64,000 bases of DNA, taken from positions 81,592,001-81,656,000 of the forward strand of contig NC_043005.1 in NCBI RefSeq assembly GCF_006345805.1, written 5' to 3'. Positions 41,051 to 54,905 of this stretch are shown piece by piece; the first letter of the stretch is position 1, and each line of letters opens with the position of its first letter. The translations under genes were made by a program, and so were the position numbers. The notes beneath the pieces were generated by a model that was not told the origin of the DNA, searched no databases, and saw only the letters and a list, made by a program, of their open reading frames with translations. The stretch is from Octopus sinensis. Lineage: Eukaryota.

Positions 41051-42933
41051 AAATGGCATATGATATATGGTGAATGAATAAGCAAAATGACGAAAAAGAA
41101 CATCAGCTAAATATACAATCTATGGTGCATTAATCATATATATATATATACATATATATATATAGATAGATATATACACACATATATATACATACACACA
41201 CACACACTTATATATATATATATATAGATATGTGGTACTGGGTTTTGTGAAAACTTTTCCAATATTTCAATATTGTAATGCTTATTATTTATAGTATATC
41301 TGGAAGCAAGTATCTGAATAGAGTAACTCAAACAACTGCTATATTCATATATTTTGTGTTTGTCATAACGTTTGTGGTTCATTGTTTTGATATTTATGAC
41401 AAATCTCAGTTATGGAAGTTGCAGAATAAGCTTAACATGACTAATATAGAAAGTTTTGTAGAGCATGGAGATAGCATTGTTAATTATACCATACAATGCA
41501 TTATACATGAAATTAGAAGATTTTCTCCCCAGTAGGCCAAGCTATTACAACAAGGAGCCATTGAAACATAATATTCTGCACAATGTAAATACTAGCTATA
41601 TGGAATTCTATTCTTACTGTACTTATTATATTGAATGCTTCTGAAAAGAAATTTGTTGAATATCCATACAATATTATTAATATTCTGATTTTATTATAGC
41701 ATAAATACTATCGCAACGAAAGGTATATATCCTTTATTAGATTGGTTAAATATCCATAGAGTACACATAGTACTCTATGGATATATTGCATATACTCAAC
41801 ATATTGCATATACTTAACACATCAGCGATTGGTGGGGGCACACTCGCACTCACCCATACATAAACACGTACATTGTTGCGTGTATGGTTTTTTTTTAACT
41901 GCCCCACTTAAGATTTTCTGTGTATTATTACCGGTTATTTCCTTTCTGGCAACGTAAATTCTAAAAATTATATTTTTTTAATTAAAGAACAAAAAAATAC
42001 AAAATGAGCATTCATCGTGTTCGTTAAATCAACCTTCGCTAATCCAGGTCTTCCCTATTACTTGTCCTCGCTGCGTTTCATAGATAACAAGTTATTCGGC
42101 ATTTTGTTCATGCGTCAATGCGGATAAAACCGAATGAGTGCTTGATTTAATGGATGTCTAAATTTAACGTCAGAAATCACTGATTGTCTACTGTCTACTT
42201 TCGTTGGTATTTAATTTTACGGTGACAATAACAGAGCATGTTTTTATCGGCAATACAGACACACACACACACACACCACACACACACACACACACCACAT
42301 ATATATATATATAGTATATTACTCCATGATGGTAGGATAGAAAAAGTACTCCATCTGGTGAGATATAAGTATCATTTGATAAACACAGTGTATAGTTTTA
42401 TGAGTTATTAATAGTCTCATGCTACGAAAAACAACTCAAAGAGCACATCTGGTGCTTTCATGCAATACTCAGGGTCCACTCACATGGCATAGCAAGCTAA
42501 ACCAGGATGATAAGATGGCAGAAAATACTAGAAAAGGCGGGGAGGAAGTAGATGCAAAAGGTGGAAGGTTATAAACAACGGAAAATGAACAATGGACATA
42601 TATATATATGTATGTATATGTATGTATATATGTGTATATATATATGCGCGTGGGTAATCGTAGCAGGATAGCTCCTTTCCTAAACGTGAACACACATTGC
42701 CCACAGACGTCACACAAAGAAGAATATGCTCCAATGACGAACTACCTCAGCACACAAATATAAGAACGCCACAAAAACAAAATGATGCCAAAATAATATA
42801 TACAAATTTATCACTAAAAATTTATCACAGAAAATTCAATGGAGATAAATATCCAAAAGATACACTCAAGGATAACGGCCTTTGATTCATTGATTCGTTG
42901 GTTTATTTACGCGAATTTACGGGAATTCCCCGT

Positions 42934-43307
42934 AATAAACACATTTTGTACTGAACGCAATTATAAAGATTTTATCCTATTTTTAATTTGTAAATTTAAG
43001 TGGAATATATTCAGTGTGGGATTTTATTCTGAATAAACACGTGTACCGAGATGCAATTCTAAAAGCCCGCCTTTTGCATAGATATATAAGTGTGAACAAT
43101 TCTATGTACTATGTTGGATACATTTTGGTGTTCGTCTGGTATGTTGATTTTTTGTTCATTTTTATGTCTTCATGATGCATACACTGACGATTAAAAAGTG
43201 CATTTTGTGCACTAATTATGAAATCATATGATTTGCAGCTGAAAATGTTTTAAAAGACCTGCTTCGAGAGTTGCATTCTCTCGCGTTCGATACAAAATGT
43301 GTTTATT
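42934..43307. mobile_element. MITE-like element with ~25-bp imperfect TIRs
   Basis: AATAAACACATTTTGTACTGAACGC ... GCGTTCGATACAAAATGTGTTTATT. Confidence 0.65.
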
Positions 43308-43936
43308 ATTGTAGTTTTGAGTTTAAGTGTTCCTCCTAGCGTAAGGTATTTATGTATAGTAATGCCCTTAATATAAATAAATATATTTAAAGGGAATAAT
43401 TAATACATTTTTCCCTTATGAGGTTTTTCACGCTAACTACTTAATAACTTCTTATAAAGATTTTATCCTATTTTTAAATTATATATATATATATCAATAA
43501 ATGCTGCTTCTTCAGTTAGGTTTGGTGAATATCTAGCACCTTATTATACATAACTGTATGACTAGCGGGTTCTAACTGAAAATCTGTAAATTTGTGTATT
43601 TAGTTACTTAAGGTAAATTAAAATGTTTCGATTTAATAATAAGTAATATATAATTACGTAGTATATTTAGCAGCGCAACTGAAACTCTGCAGTCGGCCCC
43701 TTTGCAGATGGCATAACATTTTATATGGATACTGCAGAGAAATATGGCAGTATGGACTGATGGATGCATTTACATAAATATTGTGTGAGATTTGAATATT
43801 AGTTATACAAAATTTGAACCTAATAAAATAACGTGCTTCCATATTACAATCACAGAGATAAAACCATTAATAACATCAACTACTTTCGTAGGTTTCGAAA
43901 TGCTGGTAAATAAATAAATAATAAATAAAAGTGAAT

Positions 43937-44573
43937 AGGCGTAGCTGTCCACAAGGTTCCGGGTTCGCTCCCATTGCGTGACACCTTGGGCAAGTGTCTT
44001 CTACTATAGTCTCGGGTCAACCATAGGCTTGTGAGTGGATTTTGTTGACAGAAACTGAAAGAAGCCCGTCGTATATATGTACTTTTATACTTTTATTTGT
44101 TTCTGTCATTTGACTGCGGCCATGCTGGAGCACCGCCTTTAGTCGAGCAAATCGACCCCAGGACTTATTCCTTGTCATTCTAGTACTTATTATATCGGTT
44201 TTGTTTGCCGAACCGCTATGTTACGGGGACGTAAACATACCTACATCGATTGTCAAGCGATGTTGGGGGACAAACGCAGACACACAAACATTTACATAGA
44301 AGGTGCCACGCAGTGGGTCTGAACCTGGAACCATGTGGTTGGTAAGCAAGCTACTTACCACACAGCTACTGATGTACATGTGTGTGTGTGTGTGTGTGTT
44401 TATGTCTGTTTGTCCCCTACCACCGCTTGATAACCGGTGTTGGTGTGTTTATACCTCCGTAACTTTGCGATTTGGCAAAGAACAGCAACAGAACAATTCG
44501 GCTGCAAAATTCTTCAAGCTGGTGCCCCAGCATGGCCTGCAGTCTAATGACATAAAAAGTAAAAAATGAAAAG
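43937..44573. mobile_element. SINE family 2 copy interrupted by an antisense copy of the same family
   Basis: Plus 5' half (43937-44082), minus copy (44083-44371), plus 3' half (44372-44573). ATGTAC is repeated on both sides of the insert. Confidence 0.75.
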
Positions 44574-46347
44574 ATGTATTATCTACGCTTATAGAAATCT
44601 TAACACTAACCCGCTTCTAAACCCTAGCCGGAACTAAGTTGCTTTGTCTTGATATTACATATATGCGCACTAACATCTGAGAGGGTGACCCTGCATCGCA
44701 GAACTAAAGAGCGAAAACTGAGAGTTACAAAAAGTTGAGAAGTACCGATGTTAAGGATTTGCAACACATAACTCATTGAGATACAGTGCTAATGTAATAT
44801 AATATTATTGATATTCATGGGATATTCAACGCGGCCATGGCAATTTATTACTCGTGTTAGTAAGGGAAAAATAAACGATTGAGTATTCACATCAATATAA
44901 AGCGCGAGAAACTCTTCGCATCTCACAGTAATAAGTTAATACCTTTTTCTGTAGTCACTTGATGTTCCTGCTTTTCATACTCTTCTATCATTCAATTATA
45001 CTTGTATACTAGAAGCAGTATTAAACAATATATTGTATAATTCTCTCATAAACAAAATATTGTATAACTCCCGGCTTCTCACACCTGAAGCTAGGCGCTG
45101 CAGCCTTTGTGTTCCCAGCTTCAAACAATTTGAATATAAAATGTACTACCTGCTGTTATTTATGCATTTTGGATGCGGCATCTCTTGGAGAAGAAAAAGT
45201 TTTGGAAAACAGTTGATTCCAAAATAAAGAATATCAAGTATTATGTAGCTATAAACCATATCTGCTATAGATAAATGTATTATATATGTAAATCATATGT
45301 ACAATAGACAATAAGAAAGTAACACAACGAGGAGTGAGGTGTGTATTACACTTGTATTGTTTGTCAGTAAACTATTCTACAATGCTTATACAAATAATCC
45401 GAAGAATGAAAAGATAATCTCCCTACGCACGATGTATTCCCCAAAATAAATATCTTATAATAATATGAGTCATGCGAAACGGATATACGAGAAAGTTAAT
45501 GCTTATACAAATAACAAAAATCTGCTTCTGATGTTGGGCGTTATGCAGGTAAAAACGGATGAATCTCGTGTACAATTTGAAAGAATATCACAAGTATTTC
45601 AACAAACAAATACTTTGGCTATCTCTCCTCCAAAGATATGTGCACCGAGTGCAAAGATATGTGCACTTAGGAAATGATGTGGAATCATTTCATTAGTTCT
45701 GAGAAACACTCAAAAATAAACATAGATGAATTTTCATTTTATTCATTTTTTTTTTATGTTTTAGCTATAATGAATTCACAAACGTGTATACTTATAACCT
45801 GTTGCTATTTATTTTGTTTCAAGTACTTAGTCTCTCAAATTTTGTCACTCATCTGGTTCAACTCTAGAAATTTCATTATTGAAGGACAGATTGAAAACTG
45901 TCGATGAACAGGGAATTAGGAACCTTTATACAAATTTTAAATTTTCTATAATTTGAAAATATGTTACAAATAGAAAACAAATTCCATCACCAGTAACAAT
46001 CATTTATGTGGTTATTCTTCCTGTAACGTATACTTTTTCATTATTACTAGTTGCAATGCAGTTAAATGCATTTAAAATGGTGTCATTTACATTAGAGTCA
46101 ACCATTTAATGCAGGTTGTATTAAATATTTATATTAACATAATTGTATGGTGAGGTGAACGAAAGAATATGACCGTAGATTTTACAACACTTGATGAAAT
46201 AGCGATGAAAGAAATAGAAAATAAATCTACAAGGACCTACACTGATTAGAATAGGAAAGAAACAGTTATTTAGAAATTGTAGCCTTTTTGATTTCATATT
46301 TTGCTGCGCTGTTTTTTTTTTTATACTTATATACATTGTACTTCTTA

Positions 46348-46760
46348 TTTCTTTATTGCCCACAAGGGACTAACTATAGAAGGGTCAAACATGGATAGAC
46401 AAAGGGATTAAGTCAATTGCATCGCCCCCCCCCCAGTGCATAACTGGTACTTTATTTATCGACCCCAAAAGGATGAAAGGAAAAGTCGACCTCGGCGGAA
46501 TTTGAACTCAGAACATAACAGTAGATGAAATACCTATTTCTTTACTACCCACAAGGGGCTAAACACAGTGAGGACAAACAAGGAGAGACAAACGGTCGAT
46601 TATATCTACCCCAGTGCGTAACTGGTACTTATTTAATCGACCCCAAAAGGATGAAAGGCAAAGTCGACTTCGGCGGAATTTGAACTCAGAACGGAGCGGC
46701 AGATGAAATACCCCAAAGCATTTCGCCCGGTGTGCTAACGTTTCTGCTAGCTCACCGCCT
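46348..46760 (-). mobile_element. SINE family 1 dimer
   Basis: Terminal TTATTGCCCAC module, internal junction at 46529, head at 46720-46760. Confidence 0.85.
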
Positions 46761-48262
46761 TAAAATATACATTTTACTTTTGTAGATATCAATAGACAAA
46801 TATTTCAATGTGTGATTTCTAATGATTTTAGATTAACGAGATTTAATTATGCATACAATTATCTTTATATTGTTCACATAACGATGTATTTACTAAGTTT
46901 GATTTCTTATTGTTTTCTGTTTCTTGTAGTATATTTCATTTTCTTCAACTGCGCTAACATTCAATACCCAAAGCGTTCTTTGTTGAAACTTAAATAAAAA
47001 CTTTTACTAAAACAGAAGCTTCCTGTTAATCTTAACCCCACGATTATTGCAGTCCAGATCTGATTTGTATTATCAGCTTCAATGATTACGTAATACGAGA
47101 GACGAGCCAATGAAAAGGAATAGACTAATAAAAATAGCAGCTAAATCTTCCACAAATCACAGAATACTTTCATAAAAGAGAAGTAGATACTGGAAATATA
47201 TTTCCGGAAACTAATGCATGGTCTTGGTTGAAATGAATAAAACATAGTTATGCTCGATCACGCCTGACTAGGATTTCATTAAGAACAATATAAAAAAAGA
47301 ACCTAACTCTTTGATAAATGAATATGAAAATAGCATAATAATGTAGTATCCAAAATTACAATATTAATTATATTTGGTTCCATTTTATCTTAATTTTCTT
47401 GAAAGACGCCTAATGTTTTTGCCTTGTTTTGTGACAGCATCAAAGTTCGGTCGTATTCATGCTCTGCACATTCTACCAAGACATCATGTTCGTTGTCATA
47501 CAGAAATTCCTCGTTTAGTCATGCAGTTACATGTTTCATCCCGTTTATATGAAGCACATTCTCATAAATATGGTGTGAATGGGTTTCTAAGCTCCATATC
47601 TCAATTGTATTGATATCACCTTTATTCTCCCCTTGGCTCTGTATCTTAGATGTCCAAAATCAACATGATTGAGCAAAGATCACTTCATAAACCTTAAAGG
47701 AACGGAACGATATTAATAGCCAGCGGTAAATGGAAGCTTGTAACTAATTGCAATAATGACACGGTCTGAATTGCTTCCGATTTGCGAGGTAACCACAAGC
47801 AATATTAAGGTTCTCTCAGGTAACCAGATGAAACAAAACCGGCATTTAAACCATGTAACCGCACATCTTTTAATCCAATATTTGATATCAATAATTTCCT
47901 AACAGTGCTGAAAATCACCGAATTAATTACATTTCGTAACGTGTGTTAATGTATATTAATACTACTACTACTACTACTACTAATAATAATAATAATAAAA
48001 CATTAATAAATTCTAATGTATATTTTCTAAAATGCTGCATAACGATTTAAATCGACATCAACACTTGGTTTGTACTCATTTTATCGAACCTAAATTGATG
48101 GACTTGAAATTGACCCCGGTGACCTTTCATCTCATGGCCACAGTAAGATAATCCATAGATTTCGGTCTGAAACTCTCCTCAGCTTATTATCTAAAACCGC
48201 AATACACTAACGATAATGAAATACTACTACTACTACTACTACTGCTACTGCTGCTGCTGCTG

Positions 48263-48298
<36 letters not shown>

Positions 48299-48305
48299 GT
48301 AGTAC

Positions 48306-48352
<47 letters not shown>

Positions 48353-48394
48353 ATTATTATTATTATTATCATTATTATGATAATTATAATAATG

Positions 48395-48650
48395 ATTTCG
48401 GAGAAATTGGAATTGACTTTGGAGTATAGCAAGTTCAAAAGTCTGCCTTATTGGGAACAACTAGGATTTTGAGATTACTGCTTGGTCTTCTACGATAATT
48501 TAATATCTAAGTACCAAAGCTTATTATTTGCGGAAAGAGACACTCTGAGATCTCTGGTTACAGGTCGTTGTCCGCTCTCATAAAATCAACCAGAGTAAGA
48601 TCGAGAGCTCTAATAATAATAACAATAAGAATACTAATAATAATAATGAG
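48395..48650 (+). mobile_element. 3' end of an RLE-type (R4/HERO/NeSL-like) non-LTR retrotransposon in a (TAA)n tract
   Basis: Encodes QVQKSALLGTTRILR; flanked by (TAT/TAA)n. Confidence 0.65.
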
Positions 48651-49480
48651 GATATTATTATGGTTTAATGGCCGATAGGTTTAAGGGGAAGGGAAGTAGC
48701 CAATTGCATCGATCCCAGTGATAAAGTAGTACTTAATTTATCGAATTGGAACCGATAAAAAGGAAATTTTTCAAATTCCTCAGAGGAATTTGAACACAAA
48801 ACATAGAGACGGACGCTTTGTTGTTAAATACTTTATCTGGATTGCTAACGACTCAGCCAGCTTGTTGTCTTTCCTTCCTGATTTTGTCACATCGAATAGT
48901 CGAACATTATTTTGTCGACTAGAATAACATTAAGTAGTGAATCTGCAGAAAATCTGTGATGCATAAAACCGGACAAGTAGAATTTTAAACTTATTTAGAA
49001 CTTACAGACAACAGGCTGATGTAATTCTTTTAGCAACAGACAGTCTCTTTTAAAAGCCACTCTTAAATATCAACACCCATTAAATGACATCTTAGAGAAT
49101 ACACGAGGAGAGTCTTAGCTTCACAATGTATCAGTATCAATTGGTATAAGTGAATTAGACTATTTCCTCTATTTCTAGAATAGTTAGCTATTAAAAATAC
49201 GGGCTTAAATATGCGATGCAACGTTACGTCATTTCTAAGTTCACATAGAAGAGTGTAAGAAGAACTTTTTGAATATAGCATTGGCATAGGAAAGCCAGAA
49301 ATACTATTCATGTGACATTTTCTGAAGATCTCATAACTTATTGAAACAGAAATGATTACTACATGGATGATGTTGTTTAAAATATTGGAATCATTAAAAC
49401 ATTTTATATTCACTTCTTATCACATATCAGAATAGGATGGTTTAGAGACATACAAACTTCTTGTAATTATAATTTTACGA

Positions 49481-49784
49481 ATATTGTTGCATTTGGGGAT
49501 GGTCATGTTGCCAATTTAGCCAATAAAAACACACGCACTATATATTTGGTGTTCATTTGCTTCAGCTTTATTTTTTTACATTAATCGTATTTCGGCCATA
49601 GTTCTTTCGTCACACTTCTGTGACCTCGCCAGTGTTCCTTTGCTTTCTTCTTTCTTATTTGCGTGTTTTCCTTACTAACGATCAGCCAATAAAATAAAGC
49701 TGAAGCAAATTAACACCAAATATCTAGTGCGTGTGTTTTTATTGCCTAAACTGGCAACATGACCATCCCCAAATACAACAATAT
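49481..49784. mobile_element. MITE with long (~95-bp) TIRs
   Basis: ATATTGTTGCATTTGGGGATGGTCATGTTGCC... pairs with ...GGCAACATGACCATCCCCAAATACAACAATAT. Confidence 0.88.
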
Positions 49785-52268
49785 GTTTCAACACACGATT
49801 TCACATCAAGAATCTTGCAAAACGAATATATAAACGTAATTTTACGAATATTATCTTGAAACGTCAAAGCGGCTACACATTGAGTATACATGAATAGATA
49901 ATATATCAATTAAGTAAATACTAGAAATATTTTAGAACTCTCTACTCGAAGACGAATGTGAGTTAACAGTAGTTAGTGATACACAAATTAACACGTCGTT
50001 TGTCCAAAATATTTCAGCATGAAATTTTATGCCAGATTTTGTCAGTTATAATAGAATATAAAACTATAAGCATAATCCTTTGTACGAAATTAGCTTATGC
50101 TCTGCAAAACCAGGTTCAACTCAGGATGTTCAAAGCATTTTCACTGCCCCCTCAAACAAATCAAAAGCATAAAAATTAAGGGTCTGCTTCCACCCCTGAA
50201 TCACTTCTGTCTGAGTTCATGATTATTAGTTTTTTTCTTTAACATGGTGACTAAATAAAAATTGACAATTCAACTTTCGTTTGAATGCCCTTCATCTTTA
50301 CAAATAATGGTCTTCCTGAAGATTTAAATGACCAAGATTTTATTATTGACCCGTTATTCAACAAGCAGTAATATATTAAATTCATTTCAGGCAGCGAGCT
50401 GGTAGAATCGCTAGCACACCGGACAAAATGCTTTGCATTATTTTGTCCGACTTTAGGTTCTAAGTTCAAATGCTGCTGAGGTCGACTTTTTCTGCGTCGA
50501 TAAAATAAGCAACAATCGAACACTGCGATCGATAAAATCGACCTAACCACTTCTTCGAAATTGCTGGTGTTGTGCCAAAAAAAAACTTCTCTCTAAAAAT
50601 TGTCGAATATATTTGAGAACATTTACTCCAGAATATTTCATTCGTGTAAAGCTGAAGTGTATATCAAAGTCCTGTTGAACTATTGCCCAGCAAATTGTAA
50701 AATATTTGCTGCATTATTCAAAAGAAGTCAATGACAATTTGCCATGTGTATAAAGTAATTAGTGGAGAGCTTTTGATATATCTCTTAAGATAAGTTTTTC
50801 TGAATGCTGAACTTCATAAATTCCATGTCACAACGATGAACATCGTGAAAGCTACAGCATCAAACAATATGCAATATTATGGCTGGAAATTCCATTCTGC
50901 AGTTTCTTTTATGCTTGCTAACTTTCAGCTGGCTAATAAAATAAAGTTGCCTGAGTTGCTACAAGAAAAGAAGCATATAGCATAATGGGCCATCTATGTT
51001 TCATGTGTGGTCTACTATTATATAGAGAAAAATAATATTCAGCTCGAGAACCTTCAGTATTGTGAACAGTATCTTCAGTAAATATATTAAAATATCCATA
51101 GAACTGAACACAATGTAATAAATTAACAATACAATTGAGCAGACTGGCAAGTCTAGCAGACACTTTGAATCTGTACAGTGAAGAAATAATACGGGTGATA
51201 GATAATTACGTATTCCATAAACATTGGAATGTTGCTGAGGACAAAGTTTTGGTGAGAAATATGTCTAAATAAGAGTGAGAAATGAATATATTGAGAAAAT
51301 ATAGTGAAAGAATAAAAAAAAAAGAAAATCTCATTTAAGCAAAAATATAATCTTTACGATTTATACATTTGGTCTCAAAGATAGCATCTATTTTTGTTGT
51401 TATATGTTGCAAATATAGTTACTATATGTCACAATGCTTGGACTGTTTGAAAGAAAATACCAGACTCTCTACGATATTGTTATTTTTGTCATGGAAATCT
51501 GAGAACATAAAGTGTCGGATGAATAATAAATGTCAAAGACCAGTTAAAGGAAGTTATCAATCACGATTATTATATTTTCTATCCAACTTGCAAAATGGTT
51601 AATACCTACAATTCTTTGAATCGGATGCTGAGAAACTAACTTATTCTACTGATAGAAAAGCAATGTTTTGCCAAGAAACTAGATTATATTTATAACAGGT
51701 ATAATATAAGGCTTAATAAATATTTTAGTTGTTGTATTGTTTCAACATTCAAAACTTATTTTAAATATGTCATCAGACTATGAGATTCTGAAAATTTATA
51801 TCATCGGATGATGTTAGTGTTGGATTGGAAGTGAATACTGGAAGCGAATAGAATACAAAACAATGAACAGAGAACCATTTCACTGAACCTAGTGGTCGTT
51901 AAAGACAACAGCAAAACGACATTAATAGGTACTACTCCAGAGCTATTGAACTAATTAGACATTTAAAATAGCTTGATTTAGTTAACATAATATCTTATAT
52001 ATATACTATCGAATTGCATTGCGTATATTATTGAACTGCTTTGCTATCCATTGTCAAAGTATTTACGACTATTGAGGAAAATGGTTTATTGTTCATCGGC
52101 TGTCGTTTTTAGGTTTGACTTTGACATTTCACTTTCTGGTTGCTCTGACTGGATCCTCTCAGCTGGAGAAGTGTCCTTCATATAGTCTTCAGTGAATATT
52201 TTATTGCATACACATGTTCTCCTTAATAGGCTTTTGATCTGATGTAATACAACTCCTATTAATGAACA

Positions 52269-52440
52269 ATGGATTCCCTTCATAGCAGAATTAGTATTCA
52301 AGTGTATTTAAGTATTTTATCTGATCAAATTCATCCTATGGTTGCGGAATTGTTTCCGGAGGGAAACAAAACCTTGCAGGATGAAAATGCACCAATTCAT
52401 ACAGCTAAAGTTGTTACTGAATGGCACGAGGAACTTTCCC
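52269..52440 (+). mobile_element. Tc1-like transposase fragment
   Basis: YLSILSDQIHPMVAELFPEGNKTLQDENAPIHTAKVVTEW, matching the second catalytic Asp motif QDDNAPIH. Confidence 0.75.
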
Positions 52441-52918
52441 AACAGGTTGAACGGTCGTATGAAAGTTTCCACTTTGGTTTGTTAAACATAATCGAGGAAA
52501 TGCATTCTATACATGATTGAAGAAATGCATGTCTACAATTACTAACTCTTAGCCCTGTATTCATATTAGTCAACCACCAAGAAGAAAACTTTAACAAAAT
52601 AATCAAGCCCCCAGTTGATTAGATACCTTTGTTTCTGATACTAAACTCGGACGCAAGTGCTATTGCCTCAATGTCTAGTTCCTACGAGATAATGTACATC
52701 TGAAGGTTACTTGCTACCAGGGAATGTACCTCTGATGGTTAGTTTTAAACTTAGATAACATTATTCATTGACGACTACTAACATATCACTTTCCTATTTA
52801 GTTACTAGAGATAACAGCTTGACAACTATAATGATGATATATTACAATCGGTCCCGTAAATGAGTCACAATCTATTTTCGCATTATCAATAACGATTAAG
52901 TGATCAGACAACAGATCA

Positions 52919-52950
<32 letters not shown>

Positions 52951-53800
52951 GTTACCTTCTACAAGAAGTTAGTGATGAGTTTGTTTATGTTTCTCTTCGT
53001 TGTTGCATCACGCAGTCTACTAAACACAAGAGACATTTAACACGGTGATACATAATTGATATTTCCTTACTTAATGAATCTGGAGACATTACATCACAGT
53101 GAGAGAATTTGAGATAAAAGAAATATTTTCATAATGTGAAGATGTAGAGACTATTTAGTTGAAATCCAAAATTTCCAAAATCGAAAAAGGCTAAATGATG
53201 TTGGCAATAGGTTTGAATATGAAAAATTCTGCATATGGTCACACACACACACAAATATTTCATAGAAATATTGTAACAATAACATCAGTACGTCACATCC
53301 TGCTCATTAAACATTATGAAATTAGAATTAATAGTTAATATAAGAATTTTAAATAAAGATTATTTGCAAATATAACATGGCAATCCTGGTTTAGGACGAA
53401 TGTTGCTGTAATTTAGCCCTAGGAGACATCGTCTCTAGCTGGCTATACGACACGATCTGTGTCCTTATATTTTCGAACAAGGGAATCTAGCACCCCAACT
53501 CAGCTCAGAACAATATCTGTGTATCGTTGATTTCCGGGTTATTTCCCGTCATCAGCAATTTTCTAATTTATAGTTGTCACTTTGAGAACTATATACTTCG
53601 AACGAGAATTCGGCAACGCTACCTCTAGCCGAACAATTCAGCCAGATAAAATAGATATTAAGTAAAACTATATATAGTGTGTATTGTTACTTGGCAAAGA
53701 ATAGAGAAAAAAAATGACCAACACGAAAATTAAAAATATCTATTTAGACACAGGATTTCACAGCAGGAATCTTGTAAATCAAATACGTAAAATAAAAATA

Positions 53801-54186
53801 TAGCAGGCCATCTCATAAGTTCTGTCCGATTTTACCATTTTTAAAATTGAATGAAATTTTATAGTATTTTAGAATGTTTAATGGGATTAAAATTTATTTT
53901 TATGCATTTGTGTACGTTTAAACTAATTAAATATTATTTTACTGAATAAAAAAATAAAATTTCTTTGATTAACACCCTTTCTAACATGGAAGTGTCTAAA
54001 GGGCATTTGAGGCACATAATGCTTTATCAGTACAAAATGGAAACTCTGCAGCGGGACCGACTCAAAACATACACTCAGTTTATGGGAAAGAATGCCTGAA
54101 TGAGAGAACTTGCAGAAGATTGTTTGCAAAATTCAGAAGTGAAGATTTCAGCCTTGAAGATGAAGATCGAACAGAACGTCCAGTTT
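53801..54186 (+). mobile_element. Mariner 5' fragment (TIR-like end plus HTH N-terminus)
   Basis: ATG at 53986; MEVSKGHLRHIMLY / GNSAA...NIHSVYGKECLNERTCRRLFAKFRSEDFSLEDEDRTERPV, with a frameshift. Confidence 0.8.
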
Positions 54187-54424
54187 AGCAGATATGCTTG
54201 CTGTCCAGATGTTTAGAACGTATTACAAGAGGGACGGCAGGTAACTTATCAGCTTTGTTTAAAAAATTTTGCCGTTAGGGAAGATCCCATCAACCTATGT
54301 GCAGCATAGTTATGGGCAGCATAGGGCATATTATCTTGCAATTACTTTTATATATCATTAATATTAATAAATACATACAGTCATGTCACATGGCATTTTC
54401 TATATTTTACATAACTTGATGTGG

Positions 54425-54475
<51 letters not shown>

Positions 54476-54514
54476 TTCATCATTATTATTATCATTATTG
54501 CCATTGTTGTTAAG

Positions 54515-54905
54515 GTGGCGAGCCCGGCAAAAACGTTAGCAAGCCGGGCGAAATGCTTAGCGGTATTTCGTCTGCCGCTACTTTCTGAGTTCAAATTCCG
54601 CCGAGGTCGACTTTGCCTTTCGTCCTTTCCGGGTCGATTAAATAAGTACCAGTTACGCACTGGGGTCGATATAATCGACTTAATCCGTTTGTCTGTCCTT
54701 GTTTGTCCTCTCTGTCTTTAGCCCCTTGTGGGTAGTAAAGAAATAGGTATTTCGTCTGTCGCTACGTTCTGAGTTCAAATTCCGCCGAGGTCAACTTTGC
54801 CTTTCATCCTTTCCAGAGTCGTTAAATTAAGTACCAGTTGCGTACTGGTGTAGTCCTAATCGACGGACGTCCTCCCCAAAATTTCAGGCCTTATGCATAT
54901 AGGAG
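54515..54905 (+). mobile_element. SINE family 1 dimer
   Basis: Head, module, junction AATAGGTATT at 54742, second body, alternative tail. Confidence 0.85.

Noticed and set aside
33601-42930. NF-kB-like sites GGGAATTTCC (33601) and GGGAATTCCC (42921)
   Set aside because: A couple of matches to this degenerate 10-mer are expected by chance in 64 kb.
52086-52301. Protein-like minus-strand ORF (…MKDTSPAERIQSEQPESE…)
   Set aside because: Overlaps a Tc1 fossil on the other strand, has no clear splice sites and matches no family I recognise.
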